Assembly: GCA_030667985.1 (NCBI GenBank)
Contig: DAOUUU010000002.1
Coordinates: forward strand, 9,653-73,652
Direction: 5' to 3'
Source of the DNA: Candidatus Krumholzibacteriota bacterium
GTDB taxonomy: Bacteria; Krumholzibacteriota; Krumholzibacteriia; Krumholzibacteriales; Krumholzibacteriaceae
DNA: 64,000 nt
Under the pieces are notes generated by a model. It was not told where the DNA came from. It searched no databases and worked only from the letters and a program-made list of their open reading frames with translations. Shown piece after piece: positions 28,514 to 39,100 of this stretch (position 1 is its first letter; the number at the start of each line of letters is the position of its first letter). A program made the translations under genes and the position numbers.

Positions 28514-30253
28514 ATGGCCAAGAAGAAGACAGGGAAAAAGGCGAAGGCGGCGGAGTTTGCCATGAGCTACGCCCATGCCGAGTCCGGAGATCCGCTCATA
28601 GGCGAGACGATAGGGCACATGTTCGAGCGGATAGCGTCGAAATACCCGGAGAGCGAGGCGCTCGTGTATGTCCCGACCGGAGAGAGGTACACATACAGCG
28701 AGTTATTCGATGTTTGCAGCAGGGCGGCGAAGAGCTTCATGGCGTTGGGCGTACGAAAGGGCGACAGGGTCGCGGTATGGGCGACCAACCATCCCGAGTG
28801 GGTCATAGCGCAGTTTTCCACCGCCCTGATCGGCGCAGTCCTCGTCACGGTGAATCCGGCCTACAGGACGCATGAGCTCGAGTACGGGCTGAAGAACTCC
28901 GAGGCGCAGACCCTTATACTGATCCCGCGGTTCAAGAGCTCCGATTATGTCGGAATGATCAATACGGTAGTTCCTGAGGTGAAGGATGCCGAACCGGGCA
29001 AGATCGATTCGAAGACCCTGCCGCTGCTCAAGAACATCATACTGATAGGGGACGAGAATCAGCCCGGAATGTTCTCCTGGAAGGAGTTCATGGAGCTGGG
29101 AGCGAACATCACGGACTCAGAGCTCGCAGAGCGCGGAGAGGATTGCGATTTCGACGAGATTATAAATATTCAGTACACCTCCGGCACGACGGGAATGCCC
29201 AAGGGGGCGAGCCTGACGCACCACAATATCCTGAACAACGGTTACTTTGTCGGCCAGACGATGCATTTCACAGAAGAGGACCGCCTTTGCATACCGGTTC
29301 CTTTCTATCACTGCTTCGGCATGGTACTCTCCAACCTCGCCTGCGTGACGCACGGCGCGGCCATGGTCGTCCCCGGCGAGTACTTCGACCCGCTATCTGT
29401 TCTCGAGGCGGTCGAGAAGGAAAAATGCACTGCCCTTCACGGCGTGCCGACGATGTTCATCGCCGAGCTCGCATATCCGGACTTCAAGAAGTTCGATCTC
29501 TCGACACTTCGTACCGGCATCATGGCTGGAGCCCCCTGCCCTGTCGAGGTGATGAAGCAGGTGAACGACTCGATGAACATGAAGGAGGTCACCATAGCCT
29601 ACGGGCAGACCGAGACATCGCCGGTCATAACACAGACGTCGGCGAAGGATTCGATCGAGCGCCGTACCTCCACCGTCGGCCCTCCGATCCCGCACACGGA
29701 GGTCAAGATCGTCAATCCCGAGACCGGGCACATCATCCCGGTCGGTGAACAGGGCGAGCTCTGTTGCAGGGGCTACCAGGTGATGCGCGGCTACTACAAC
29801 AATGATCGCGCTACCGAAGAGGCGATCGATGAAGCCGGGTGGATACACACGGGCGACATTGCCCTGATGAAGTCGGACGGAACCTTCAAGATCACGGGCC
29901 GCATCAAGGACATGATCATACGCGGAGGCGAGAATATCTATCCGAGAGAGATAGAGGAATTTCTCTACACGCATCCTAAGATCCGCGACGCGCAGGTTAT
30001 CGGCGTGCCGGACCAGAAGTACGGCGAGGAGATCTGTGTCTGGATCCAGTTCAAGGAGGGGGAGTCAGCGGACGGCGACAAGATCAAGGAGTTCTGCAAG
30101 GGCAAGATAGCCCACTACAAGATACCGAAGTATGTGAAGTTCGTGACGGAATTCCCGATGACGGTCACCGGCAAGATACAGAAGTACAAGATGCGGGAGA
30201 TCTCGATCAAGGAATTCGGCCTGGAAGAGGACGCGGGAATCGAAACGGCGTAG
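28514..30253 (+). CDS. AMP-binding fatty-acid--CoA ligase family protein
   Basis: Motifs IQYTSGTTGMPKGASLTHHNI, YGQTETSPV, and GWIHTGDIALMKSDGTFKITGRIKDMI. Confidence 0.8.
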   Translation: MAKKKTGKKAKAAEFAMSYAHAESGDPLIGETIGHMFERIASKYPESEALVYVPTGERYTYSELFDVCSRAAKSFMALGVRKGDRVAVWATNHPEWVIAQFSTALIGAVLVTVNPAYRTHELEYGLKNSEAQTLILIPRFKSSDYVGMINTVVPEVKDAEPGKIDSKTLPLLKNIILIGDENQPGMFSWKEFMELGANITDSELAERGEDCDFDEIINIQYTSGTTGMPKGASLTHHNILNNGYFVGQTMHFTEEDRLCIPVPFYHCFGMVLSNLACVTHGAAMVVPGEYFDPLSVLEAVEKEKCTALHGVPTMFIAELAYPDFKKFDLSTLRTGIMAGAPCPVEVMKQVNDSMNMKEVTIAYGQTETSPVITQTSAKDSIERRTSTVGPPIPHTEVKIVNPETGHIIPVGEQGELCCRGYQVMRGYYNNDRATEEAIDEAGWIHTGDIALMKSDGTFKITGRIKDMIIRGGENIYPREIEEFLYTHPKIRDAQVIGVPDQKYGEEICVWIQFKEGESADGDKIKEFCKGKIAHYKIPKYVKFVTEFPMTVTGKIQKYKMREISIKEFGLEEDAGIETA

Positions 30254-30337
30254 GAGGGACAGCGCCGGCCTGGGCCTTCCTTGTAGAGAATGTATATATG
30301 AACGGTCCGTGAGGCTCGGTGAGCCGGCGGGCCGTTT

Positions 30338-31495
30338 CTATCTGCCGAGCTCGATCCCGAGGGATTCGGCGGTTCCGACCATCTGGCCCTTCGGATCCAC
30401 CCGTTTCAGCTTCTTTACGGCGCTCTCGATCGTCGCCGATGCGATACGCCTTCCCCTGAGGCAGACCATCTTCCCGAATCCGCCGTCGGCAATGAGATTG
30501 ACCGCTTCGACTCCGAAACGTGTCGCGAGGATACGGTCATAGGTAGTCGGCGTGCCTCCCCTCTGCAGATGACCGAGCACGGCCACCCTCGTCTCCAGTG
30601 TTGTGCAAAGGCCGATATTCTCGGCCACCCACCTTCCTATTCCTCCGAGGCGCCCCGGCCGGCCATCCATGCCGGGCTCGATCTCGTAGATTTTCTTGCC
30701 GTCCGCCGGCATAGCCCCCTCGGCGACGATGACGATGCTGAACCTGCTGCCCGAGTTCTTTCGCTGACTTATGTGCTCGCAGATCCTTCCGAGGTCGAAT
30801 GGGATCTCCGGAATGAGTATGACGTCGGCTCCGCCCGCGATTCCCGCTTCGAGGGCGATCCAACCGCAATCGCGCCCCATGACCTCTAGCACGAGGATCC
30901 TGTGATGGCTCTCGGCCGTCGTATGGAGCTTGTCGAGCGCGTCAGTAGCGCTGTTGACCGCGCTGTTGAATCCGAACGTCACGTCGGTTACTCCGAGATC
31001 GTTGTCGATCGTCTTGGGAATCCCTATCACCGGTACCCCCTTTTCGAATAGCGCCTGAGTGATCTTCATCGTACCGTCTCCGCCGACGGCGATCAGGACA
31101 TCGATCTCGAGCTCCTTTATCCGTTTTACTATATCGTTGGTTACATCTCTGTGGACGATCTTGCCCCCCTCCCTGATCGGGTAGTTGAGCGGGTTGCCCC
31201 TGTTCGAGGTGCCGAGGATGGTCCCGCCCCTCGCCTGCAGGCCCCGGACATCCTTGGATGTGAGTTTCCGGCAGGTGTCTGCACGGAGGAATCCATCATA
31301 ACCATCATGGATGCCGAGGACCTCCCAGCCGTGCCGGAGCACGGCCGCGCGGACGACTCCACGTATGACCGCGTTGAGGCCGGGACAATCGCCTCCTCCC
31401 GTGAGGATGGCTAGCCGCTTGATCCGGGAGGGATCGGGCATGGCGTGGCTTATTTTCTTCGGTTTTCCATTCATGGCTTTCTTGGCATGCGGCAT
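30338..31495 (-). CDS. pfkA: 6-phosphofructokinase (long, group III / PPi-PFK-like form)
   Basis: Motifs RLAILTGGGDCPGLNAVIRGVV, IAVGGDGTMK, PKTIDNDL, and MGR. Mixed ATP/PPi signature residues (Gly in GGDG, Lys in PKTIDNDL). Confidence 0.85.
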   Translation of the reverse strand: MPHAKKAMNGKPKKISHAMPDPSRIKRLAILTGGGDCPGLNAVIRGVVRAAVLRHGWEVLGIHDGYDGFLRADTCRKLTSKDVRGLQARGGTILGTSNRGNPLNYPIREGGKIVHRDVTNDIVKRIKELEIDVLIAVGGDGTMKITQALFEKGVPVIGIPKTIDNDLGVTDVTFGFNSAVNSATDALDKLHTTAESHHRILVLEVMGRDCGWIALEAGIAGGADVILIPEIPFDLGRICEHISQRKNSGSRFSIVIVAEGAMPADGKKIYEIEPGMDGRPGRLGGIGRWVAENIGLCTTLETRVAVLGHLQRGGTPTTYDRILATRFGVEAVNLIADGGFGKMVCLRGRRIASATIESAVKKLKRVDPKGQMVGTAESLGIELGR

Positions 31496-31653
31496 CTGTC
31501 AAAGCACCTCGCCTTCTATCGAATTGACTGTATGTAGGTCTCGATCGACATGAGCCGGCCGGATTTCGAATAGAGCAACCGGCGGCGACACGGACCATTT
31601 AATCCGAAACGGAGAGTATATTCAACACCGATTCTGTCCTGGGGGCTACGCTC

Positions 31654-31682
31654 TTGACCCGTAGGCACAAATATGGTATCTT
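31654..31682 (+). promoter_or_regulatory. sigma-70-like promoter TTGACC-N17-TATCTT upstream of the YHS-like gene
   Basis: TTGACC at 31654-31659, 17-nt spacer, TATCTT at 31677-31682. About 85 nt upstream of ATG 31767. Confidence 0.35.
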
Positions 31683-31766
31683 CGATGTGCAGTATGTGGT
31701 AAGAATACAATACATGCGAAGTATTATGAGATTGTCGGCCCGCAGGGCCCAAGGGAGGATCAAGGA

Positions 31767-32108
31767 ATGAAAAGATCGCTGCTTCTATTTCTCGTGGCTA
31801 CCGTGGCTCTATCGTTCGGATGCGGTAAAAAGGAAGAGGCACAGAAGTCGGATGTGGCCGTCAAGGAAAAGGTCCAGAGTACCAGGAAGGTCATGACGCC
31901 GGGAGAGACCCCGGAGGCGGCGAAGGATGGCACCTCCAGGAAATCGACCGTGGAAAAGGCCATGATCGTCGATGCGGTCACCGGGGAGAAGATCATAAGC
32001 GGGGATATACCCTATTCATATCTATATATGGACAAGACCTACTTCTTCAAGACCGAGGAGAACCTGCTCCTCTTCAAGCAGGATCCCCAGAAATATATAA
32101 TTAAGTAG
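31767..32108 (+). CDS. YHS/TRASH-like domain lipoprotein lacking the metal-binding cysteines
   Basis: Lipobox LSFGCG. C-terminal DAVTGEKI...YMDKTYFFKTEENLLLFKQDPQKYI follows the YHS pattern (DPVCGM...GKTYYFCS...F..NPEKY) with Cys replaced. RBS AGGGAGGA. Confidence 0.45.
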   Translation: MKRSLLLFLVATVALSFGCGKKEEAQKSDVAVKEKVQSTRKVMTPGETPEAAKDGTSRKSTVEKAMIVDAVTGEKIISGDIPYSYLYMDKTYFFKTEENLLLFKQDPQKYIIK

Positions 32109-32176
32109 GAGTGACAAGCCGTTTGCCAGTCGACTGGCTGGGCATTGTACACTCGTATTGTTGATAATGATTTCTT

Positions 32177-32203
32177 ATGCCTCCTCAGGAGGCATTTTTA
32201 TTG
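32177..32203 (+). terminator. rho-independent terminator (perfect 8-bp stem ATGCCTCC/GGAGGCAT, loop TCA, then TTTTTATT)
   Basis: atgcctcctcaggaggcatttttatt is read directly from the sequence, 70 nt downstream of the YHS-like stop. Confidence 0.6.
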
Positions 32204-32555
32204 CGTAAACTTTCTTTTACGCCTTCAGCCCATCTCATGATTTCCTATAGTTCCCTATTGTCGGAAGTTGTTGCTTGATAGTAGATTCCAGGTTTCGTCG
32301 CGTTTTCGGTCGCCGGCCGCTCGATCTGCACACCTGTAACTTCAATCATATCAAGTTCCCTTGGAATGGCCCTTGCCCTGCGTCCACATGAGTCAATGTA
32401 TTTTGAGGTCCCTATATGGAACAGGAGCCTACTCCCTCGTTCCTTATGGACCTGTTTCTGTTGGTGTTCACACACATGACTCCGGGATAGGCACGAAGGG
32501 CTATGTGATTGTCGAATCGGTCGATCCCGGGGGCAATGAGAAGGAGGGTCGTTAG

Positions 32556-33047
32556 ATGAAAAGGAGTCTTTTGGCTGCGGTCCTTGTTCTCGTTCTGACC
32601 GTGTGCGCTTCAGCCGCCTATGGGCAGGGCCCGGAACTGTTCGGCGAGATGAGTGCGCGCAAGATCGTCATGAGCGAGGATAACCGCGAGGTCGCGGTGC
32701 CGGCGGACCAGGTTTTTCCCCTCGACTGCGTCGAGTACACGCTGAGGTATGAAAACACGGGTAGCGCCTCGGCGACGGGAATCAACCTGATAGGTCCGAT
32801 ACCAGATGGCACTGTTTACCTGGACAAGACGGCTACCGGCATCGACGGGGCGGATCCCCTTTTCAGTATCGATGGCGGCAAGACCTACCAGGAAGTCCCC
32901 ATCACCTATACCGTCGTCAATGAGAACGGCGAGGAGGAGGCCAGGGAAGCGACTCCCGACATGATCACCCATGTCCAGTGGCACATGGAAAGCGATCTCG
33001 ATGCCGGGCAGGACGTAGTCGTCTCTTACCGCGTGCAGGTAAAATGA
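32556..33047 (+). CDS. small secreted DUF11 (conserved repeat domain) protein
   Basis: Signal peptide (LVLTVCASAAYGQ) and a single DUF11-like unit (VFPLDCVEYTLRYENTGSASATGINLIGPIPDGTVY). Strong RBS GAAGGAGGG. First gene of a co-directional four-gene locus. Confidence 0.55.
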   Translation: MKRSLLAAVLVLVLTVCASAAYGQGPELFGEMSARKIVMSEDNREVAVPADQVFPLDCVEYTLRYENTGSASATGINLIGPIPDGTVYLDKTATGIDGADPLFSIDGGKTYQEVPITYTVVNENGEEEAREATPDMITHVQWHMESDLDAGQDVVVSYRVQVK

Positions 33048-33111
33048 GCGATCCGGTTCCTTGGTATTTTTGGCCAAATTTTTTAAACCACCAGGAAGAT
33101 GGTGATCTGTA

Positions 33112-35808
33112 ATGATGAAACTTCGTATTTCAGGGCTGGTCGTAGTTGCTCTGATGCTGTCGTTGCTCCTTATAGGCACGACGGCTCAGGCGCAGACACC
33201 GGCCGGCACCACGATCCGGAACCAGGCTTCGGCCACGTTCGAGGATCTGATCGGCAACACCTACACGGCGACGTCGAATGAAGTCACGACCATCGTTCTG
33301 CCCGTGTACGGTCTTTCAATTCTTCCGGATGACTCGGGAGATGACCCACCTTCCGTGCCGGCTTTAACCCAGACGGCGATACCGGGCCAGACCGTATATT
33401 TCAGTTACAACCTGACCAACACCGGTAACGACGCAGATTCCTACACGCTCCTGCCGTTGATTCACGCTGGTACGTCGATGCTTATAGGTCTCGGCGACAT
33501 CACGATCTATCACGATCTGAACGGCAACGGTGTGCTCGACGGCGGCGAGCCCGCGATTTCGGCGGGCGGCGTTCCGGGCAACATCGGCCCGATAGTAGCG
33601 GGTACCACGGTGAACCTCCTGGTCAGCTATCAGGTTCCCGCCGCCGCTGTAGCCGGTATGGTCGCTTATGTCGGCATTGACGGAACGTCCGTCGGCGACG
33701 TTGCGCAGATCGATACGAGGAACTACCACCTGGCGACGGTCGTAAGCGACGCGACGCTCACGGCTGCCAAGACCGGTCTGCCCGCGAATGTCGATCCGGG
33801 CAACACGATTACCTATACGATCAGCGGCGCCAATGTCGGTAACGATGTCGCTCACGGTGTGACACTGACAAGTATCCCGGCTCTCACCGGCGTGCTCGTT
33901 TATGACATCATCCCGACCGATCCTTCGACCGGGTTGCCTCTGGGCGTCACAAGCACGGCGGGCGCTCCAGCGGGCGGCACAGTACTCTATCTGCCCTTCG
34001 GAAGCCCGACAGCCGGTTCGCCCGAGACCTGGGCATGGTCGTCGAGCTCGGCTGCCGGAGATATCGCGGTCGGGTATATCACCAACGGCGATATGGCAGT
34101 CGGCCAGAACTACAGCTTTACGTATGATCTCACCGTGCCCGTGACGATGCTGGCCGGTATCATCAACAACATCGGTAACGTCGCTTTCGTCGACAATAAT
34201 CCCGGTACTCCCGATCCGACGATCGTTGTGACGAACAACACGCAGATAGACGTGAATGTCGTCGCGGCTGTTCTCATCGGTCCGAACGGAGCGCCGGGCG
34301 CTGGAGCGCCTCCAGCGTACAACGACGACGTTCAGGCCGTTCCGCTGGCATACGCCAATACGACGGTCGATTTCATCAATACGGTTCGGAATGACGGTAA
34401 CGCGGCGGACGAGATCAATATTACTCTCGACCCCCTCTCGACCTTCCCGGCCGGTTATACGATCCAGTTCTTCCGCATGGACGGCGTGACACCGCTCGGT
34501 ACGGGCGGGGACGCCATTCCCGATGTCGGAACGGTCAACCCCGGCGCCACGGCGGACTTCATCGTTCGCGTGCAGATACCGAGTGACGCGGCGGCGGGAG
34601 GCCCCTACCAGGCCATAGTTCAGGCGACTTCGGTCAATGACGGGACAGCGTGGAACCTGACGACCGATGAGATCACGGCGGTCAACCCCGCTTCGGTCGA
34701 TATCGGTAACTACGATGGTCTCGCCGGGACGAATAACGGCCTCGTGAACCTGTTCACCGACCCCGGCCTCAACGTCGATTTCCCTCTCGACGTGATCAAT
34801 ACCGGCGGATCGAGCGATACTTACACGCTCAGTTCCCTGTTCGCCGCAGGCTGGTCGGTGACCTTCTATAATGATCTGGACGGCAACGGGGTCCTCGATC
34901 CTCCCGAGCTGGCGCCGATCGGCAACATCGGCCCGGTCATCGCGGGGGACGAAGTGCACGTCATCGCCCGGGTCGCTGTTCCCGCGGGCGAGGTGCCAGG
35001 TGTATTCCCCGTGACCTTCAGGGCAACCTCATCGAACAACCCTGTAATCTTCGACGAGATAGCGAACACAGTGACCGTCAATACGGCCGCGTCCGTTACG
35101 ATCGTTCCCGATCTTAGCGGAACTGGTACGGCCGGCGGCACAATCCGCTATCAGCACACGGTCACGAACACGGGCAACGTCAATGATACGTTTATGCTCA
35201 GCCATGTGAGTTCGAACGGATGGAGCTACGCCTACTTCGATCTCCTGAACAACCCGATCGTTTCGGTCACTCTCAATCCGGGAGTCAGCGAAGATGTCGT
35301 CGTTCAGGTGTCGATTCCCGGCGGTGTGGCTGTCGGAACGGTCGAGACCGGTACGATCACCGTTACCGGTAACGGCACCGGCGCCACTGACAGTGCCATC
35401 GACGTGACGACGATCGTCGCAGGCAACCTCGTTCTCACCAAGTCGGTCAACCCTGTAGGCAATCAGGTTCCGGGTACGGAGCTCACCTACAGGACCGATT
35501 ATGCGAACGTCGGTCTTGCCGGCATCACGACGATCTATATATATGATGCAATCCCGGCCTGGACGCAGTACCGCCACCTCTCCGCGACAACCGGTACGCT
35601 AGCTCCGGGTATCACGGCGATTGCTATCGAGTTCAGTGACAATGGCGGCGCCACATGGGTCTACGGCCCCTCCAGTGGCGGCGGCGGAGCGCCTGCCGGC
35701 TTCGATGCCAACGTGACCAATGTGCGCTGGGTCCTGACCGGCACGCTGGCTGGCGGCGGCGGAACCGCCGACGGCGTTGGATTCATCGTGAGGATCATAG
35801 CCGAATAA
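33112..35808 (+). CDS. large secreted DUF11-repeat cell-surface protein
   Basis: 898 aa with signal peptide and multiple DUF11-type units (YFSYNLTNTGNDADSYTL; TYTISGANVGNDVAHGVTLTSIP; YQHTVTNTGNVNDTFML; LTYRTDYANVGLAGITTIYIYDAIP). Rich in Thr/Gly/Asn. Antisense ORF 33364..34959 is judged spurious. Confidence 0.65.
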   Translation: MMKLRISGLVVVALMLSLLLIGTTAQAQTPAGTTIRNQASATFEDLIGNTYTATSNEVTTIVLPVYGLSILPDDSGDDPPSVPALTQTAIPGQTVYFSYNLTNTGNDADSYTLLPLIHAGTSMLIGLGDITIYHDLNGNGVLDGGEPAISAGGVPGNIGPIVAGTTVNLLVSYQVPAAAVAGMVAYVGIDGTSVGDVAQIDTRNYHLATVVSDATLTAAKTGLPANVDPGNTITYTISGANVGNDVAHGVTLTSIPALTGVLVYDIIPTDPSTGLPLGVTSTAGAPAGGTVLYLPFGSPTAGSPETWAWSSSSAAGDIAVGYITNGDMAVGQNYSFTYDLTVPVTMLAGIINNIGNVAFVDNNPGTPDPTIVVTNNTQIDVNVVAAVLIGPNGAPGAGAPPAYNDDVQAVPLAYANTTVDFINTVRNDGNAADEINITLDPLSTFPAGYTIQFFRMDGVTPLGTGGDAIPDVGTVNPGATADFIVRVQIPSDAAAGGPYQAIVQATSVNDGTAWNLTTDEITAVNPASVDIGNYDGLAGTNNGLVNLFTDPGLNVDFPLDVINTGGSSDTYTLSSLFAAGWSVTFYNDLDGNGVLDPPELAPIGNIGPVIAGDEVHVIARVAVPAGEVPGVFPVTFRATSSNNPVIFDEIANTVTVNTAASVTIVPDLSGTGTAGGTIRYQHTVTNTGNVNDTFMLSHVSSNGWSYAYFDLLNNPIVSVTLNPGVSEDVVVQVSIPGGVAVGTVETGTITVTGNGTGATDSAIDVTTIVAGNLVLTKSVNPVGNQVPGTELTYRTDYANVGLAGITTIYIYDAIPAWTQYRHLSATTGTLAPGITAIAIEFSDNGGATWVYGPSSGGGGAPAGFDANVTNVRWVLTGTLAGGGGTADGVGFIVRIIAE

Positions 35809-36108
35809 CAGACGTAAAGATCTCCGGTTCCGGGGTCCGATTCCCCGGGGCCGGGATCTCGGGTTGGTGATAAGAAGAATTATAAAATGAACTAGAAAGC
35901 ATAAGCTAAACGATTAAGCGAAAATGCTGAATTGGAGGTGGGTTTCCATGGTGAGATCGGCCTCTAATTCAGTTTTAGGAGGAAGGTACGGACGATGCGC
36001 CCGAACGATGACATAACCGGTTGATACGTACTCGGTTAGATGATGTCGCGTTTCGGGTTTTCGTCGTTTTCGAGGCGAGACGTGATTGGAAGGGCAAAAA
36101 TAAGAAGA

Positions 36109-39100
36109 ATGCTGATGCGCCTGTCGGGCAGGCGGGGGCTGGTCTTTTGCTGGATTTTCCTGCGGATCCTGTTCTTTCCGTCGATGGCGGTGGCACAGGT
36201 GCCGCCCGCCGGGCAGACGATCATGAGCCGGTCCATCGCTACGTTCGAGCAGGGCGGTTCCCTGTTGAGCGTCGTTTCGAACGAGGTCTCCCTCGACGTG
36301 CTCGCCCTTTTCGGGCCGGTGCTCCTGCCCGATGGAACGACCTCTGCTCCCGCAAACATCGCCTACGCCTTCAGCGGCGAGCGGGCATCCTTCCCGTACC
36401 GCTTGATCAACACGGCCAACACGGATGATACGTTCGAACTCGCCGTTTCCTATGAGTCCCCATCAGATTTCGTCCCATCGCTTACCGAGATATTTCTCGA
36501 TCTTGACGGAGACAGCCTGATCGATCCGGGGGAACCGCCGGTCACCAGCGTGGGGCCGCTCGGCTCCGGCGAGGAGGTCGCGCTCGTGCTCGCCGCGGAT
36601 CTGCCTGCAGGGCTCACCGGCGGCGAGACGGCACATATCGATCTTGCCGCGCGTTCTGTGGCCGATACATCGCTCGTCGATGGGGGAAACATTGTCCGTA
36701 TCGTCGCGAGGGACGAGGCGCGCGTGGAGCTGACCAAGTCCTCCTCGAGCGCGGCTGTGATGCCGGGGGATGTTATTGCCTTCACCGTCTCCTTCTCGAA
36801 TACGGGGGAGAGGTCAGCGACGAATGTTATCCTGTCCGATCCGATAGACAGCGGCGGCAATACGACCGGAGCTGTCTTTGTCGACGGCAGCGCGGCGGCC
36901 ACACCGCCTGGTATAATCGAGTATTTCGACGAGGCGACTGGATTGTGGGTCGATATCGCTCCTCCTGCCGATCGCGTAAAGGGGGTGCGCCTCCTGCTCG
37001 GCAGTCTCACCGCCGGGGAAACGGGGAGTCTGGATTTCAGCCTCTCGATACCGAACGGCATGCTCGCCGGCACGATCTTTAACACGGCCGCAGCCGGTTT
37101 CACCGGCGGAGACGGTCGTCCCTACTCCCTTCCGTCGAACGAGGTGGCTGTTCAGGTCGGCCGCGTCAGCACTCTATATCTCGGGCCGCCCGGCAATCCC
37201 ACGGCCCCCGAGGGAGGGCCCACGGACAGGAACGTGATTGCGCTCAATGCCGTCGATACCGTCTACACCTTCTGGCATGAGCTCCTGAACGCCGGCAACT
37301 TCACTGATACTCTCCAGATCGGCGTGATCGACTCAACGGTTATACCGGGTGATTGGCAGATGACATTCATCGATACGACGGGGTCGCCCCTAACGCCACT
37401 CACATCCAACAGGGCCAACGCGGGGCCCATTGCCGTCGGCGGGTCGCGAATCGTGGGGCTCAGGATAAGGTCTACCCGGGAAGGCTTCAGGGCTTTCCCC
37501 GGCAGGGAGCTCGCGTTTCTCGTCGAGGCGCGTTCCCTCGTCGACCCGAGCGCCGCCAATACCGTTCAGGATATCTTCGCGAAGACCGACCTGCCCCTGC
37601 TCTCGATCGTCCAGACGATACGCGAGCCGGTGGCGCAGGTCGGCGATGTGTTGAGCTGTGTTGTGACGATCGAGAACATAACCGACGAAACGCTGGTGGA
37701 CAGCGTATTAGTCATCGAGAATCTATCCCCCGGACTCGGCTTCGCGGGTGGAAACGACATACCGGAGATAAGCGGCAACGTTCTCACTTGGAACGCTGGA
37801 AGACTCGAGCCCGGGGAAAAGAAATATTTCGTCTTTCGAGCCAGGGTCAAGGTTGGGCAGGAATGGGACAGGCTTGTGAACAACGCCTGGGTCCACGGCG
37901 TCTCGGAGATCGGAGAGGTGGTTTCCGACGGTCCGGCGCAGGCCTCGATCAAGATCGTCGAGGGGATATTCACCAGGCGCGGGATCATACTGGGAGGCGT
38001 CTTCCTGGACGCCGACGGCGACGGCCTTTGGGGAGAGGAAGAGCGCGGGATACGCGGAGCTTCCATCTTTATCGAGGACGGGACCTACGCGGTGAGTGAT
38101 TCGTCGGGCCTCTATTCGATACCCGGTGTCGAGGAGGGGACGCATGTCGTTCGCATCGATCCCTCGACCCTGCCCGATTCGTTGATTCCGGGTCCGGGAA
38201 GCTACTTCGATCTCGGATCCTCCGAGGGCCGGCTCGTCGTAATGCCCCCCTCCGGAAACCGTACGGTCTATTTCCCTCTCGTTGGGCGCGTCGGTCAGGT
38301 CGCGGCGGTGGATGGATCATCCGCCGGTGTGGAAGGAGAGCGGGACGTTTCGATGAGCGCTATCTCCAGAGAGGCGGCGGGTCAAAGTCTGAACGTACTT
38401 CCCTTTGGAACGATCGCCGGCTCATCAGCGGAGGATTCCGGCAGCGGCCTTTCGGCCGGAACCGATACGACGGAAACTTTCGAGGCGATAACGATTCCCA
38501 GTTCGCACTTCAGGGAGGGGAGTTCCTACCTCGAGGAGATCCCGATCAGCCGGATCGCGGCGTTGAGTCTCTGGATTGGCGAGCATGCCGGCTGGAACGT
38601 TTCCATTTCCGGTTATACGGACAGCATTCCTATCAGCACCTCGGAATTTCCGTCCAACTTCGAGTTGTCGCTCGCCCGGGCCCGCTCGGTCTACCAGCTG
38701 CTCAGGATGAACGGCATACCGGAGGACCGGATGGATTACATGGGCTATGGCTCGAGGATGTCTCTCGCCCCGAACGATACCGAAGCGGGGAGGAAGCTCA
38801 ACGGACGTGTGGAGATCAAGGCCGTGCCGCCGGACGATTATGAGGATGGAAGTCAGGCGCTCGCCGAGTTCCTGAGCCGGCCGGATACTACAACATTCAT
38901 GCTCACCGATGACGCCGGGGTCTGCGCCGATATCATGAGTCCGGAGGAGGGCCGGGTCTTCCACGATCGCGCCGAGATCGATGTCGAGATCACCTCGCCG
39001 CTCGGCTCGCGGATCGAGCTCTACGTGAACAACGTGCCGGTCGGCACAGAGCGCATCGGGCAAAAACAGATAGATATCCGGGGTGGCACACTCGAGTATA

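Noticed and set aside
33364-34959. 531-aa minus-strand ORF inside the 898-aa DUF11 gene
   Set aside because: The product is Arg/Asp/Val-rich, with no start context and no domains. The plus-strand gene has a signal peptide and DUF11 repeats.
35809-36108. Hairpin-like CCGGGG/CCCCGG palindromes after the 898-aa DUF11 gene, as a possible terminator
   Set aside because: The stems are short and GC-only, and no U-run follows. The downstream giant gene is probably co-transcribed, so I did not list it as a feature.
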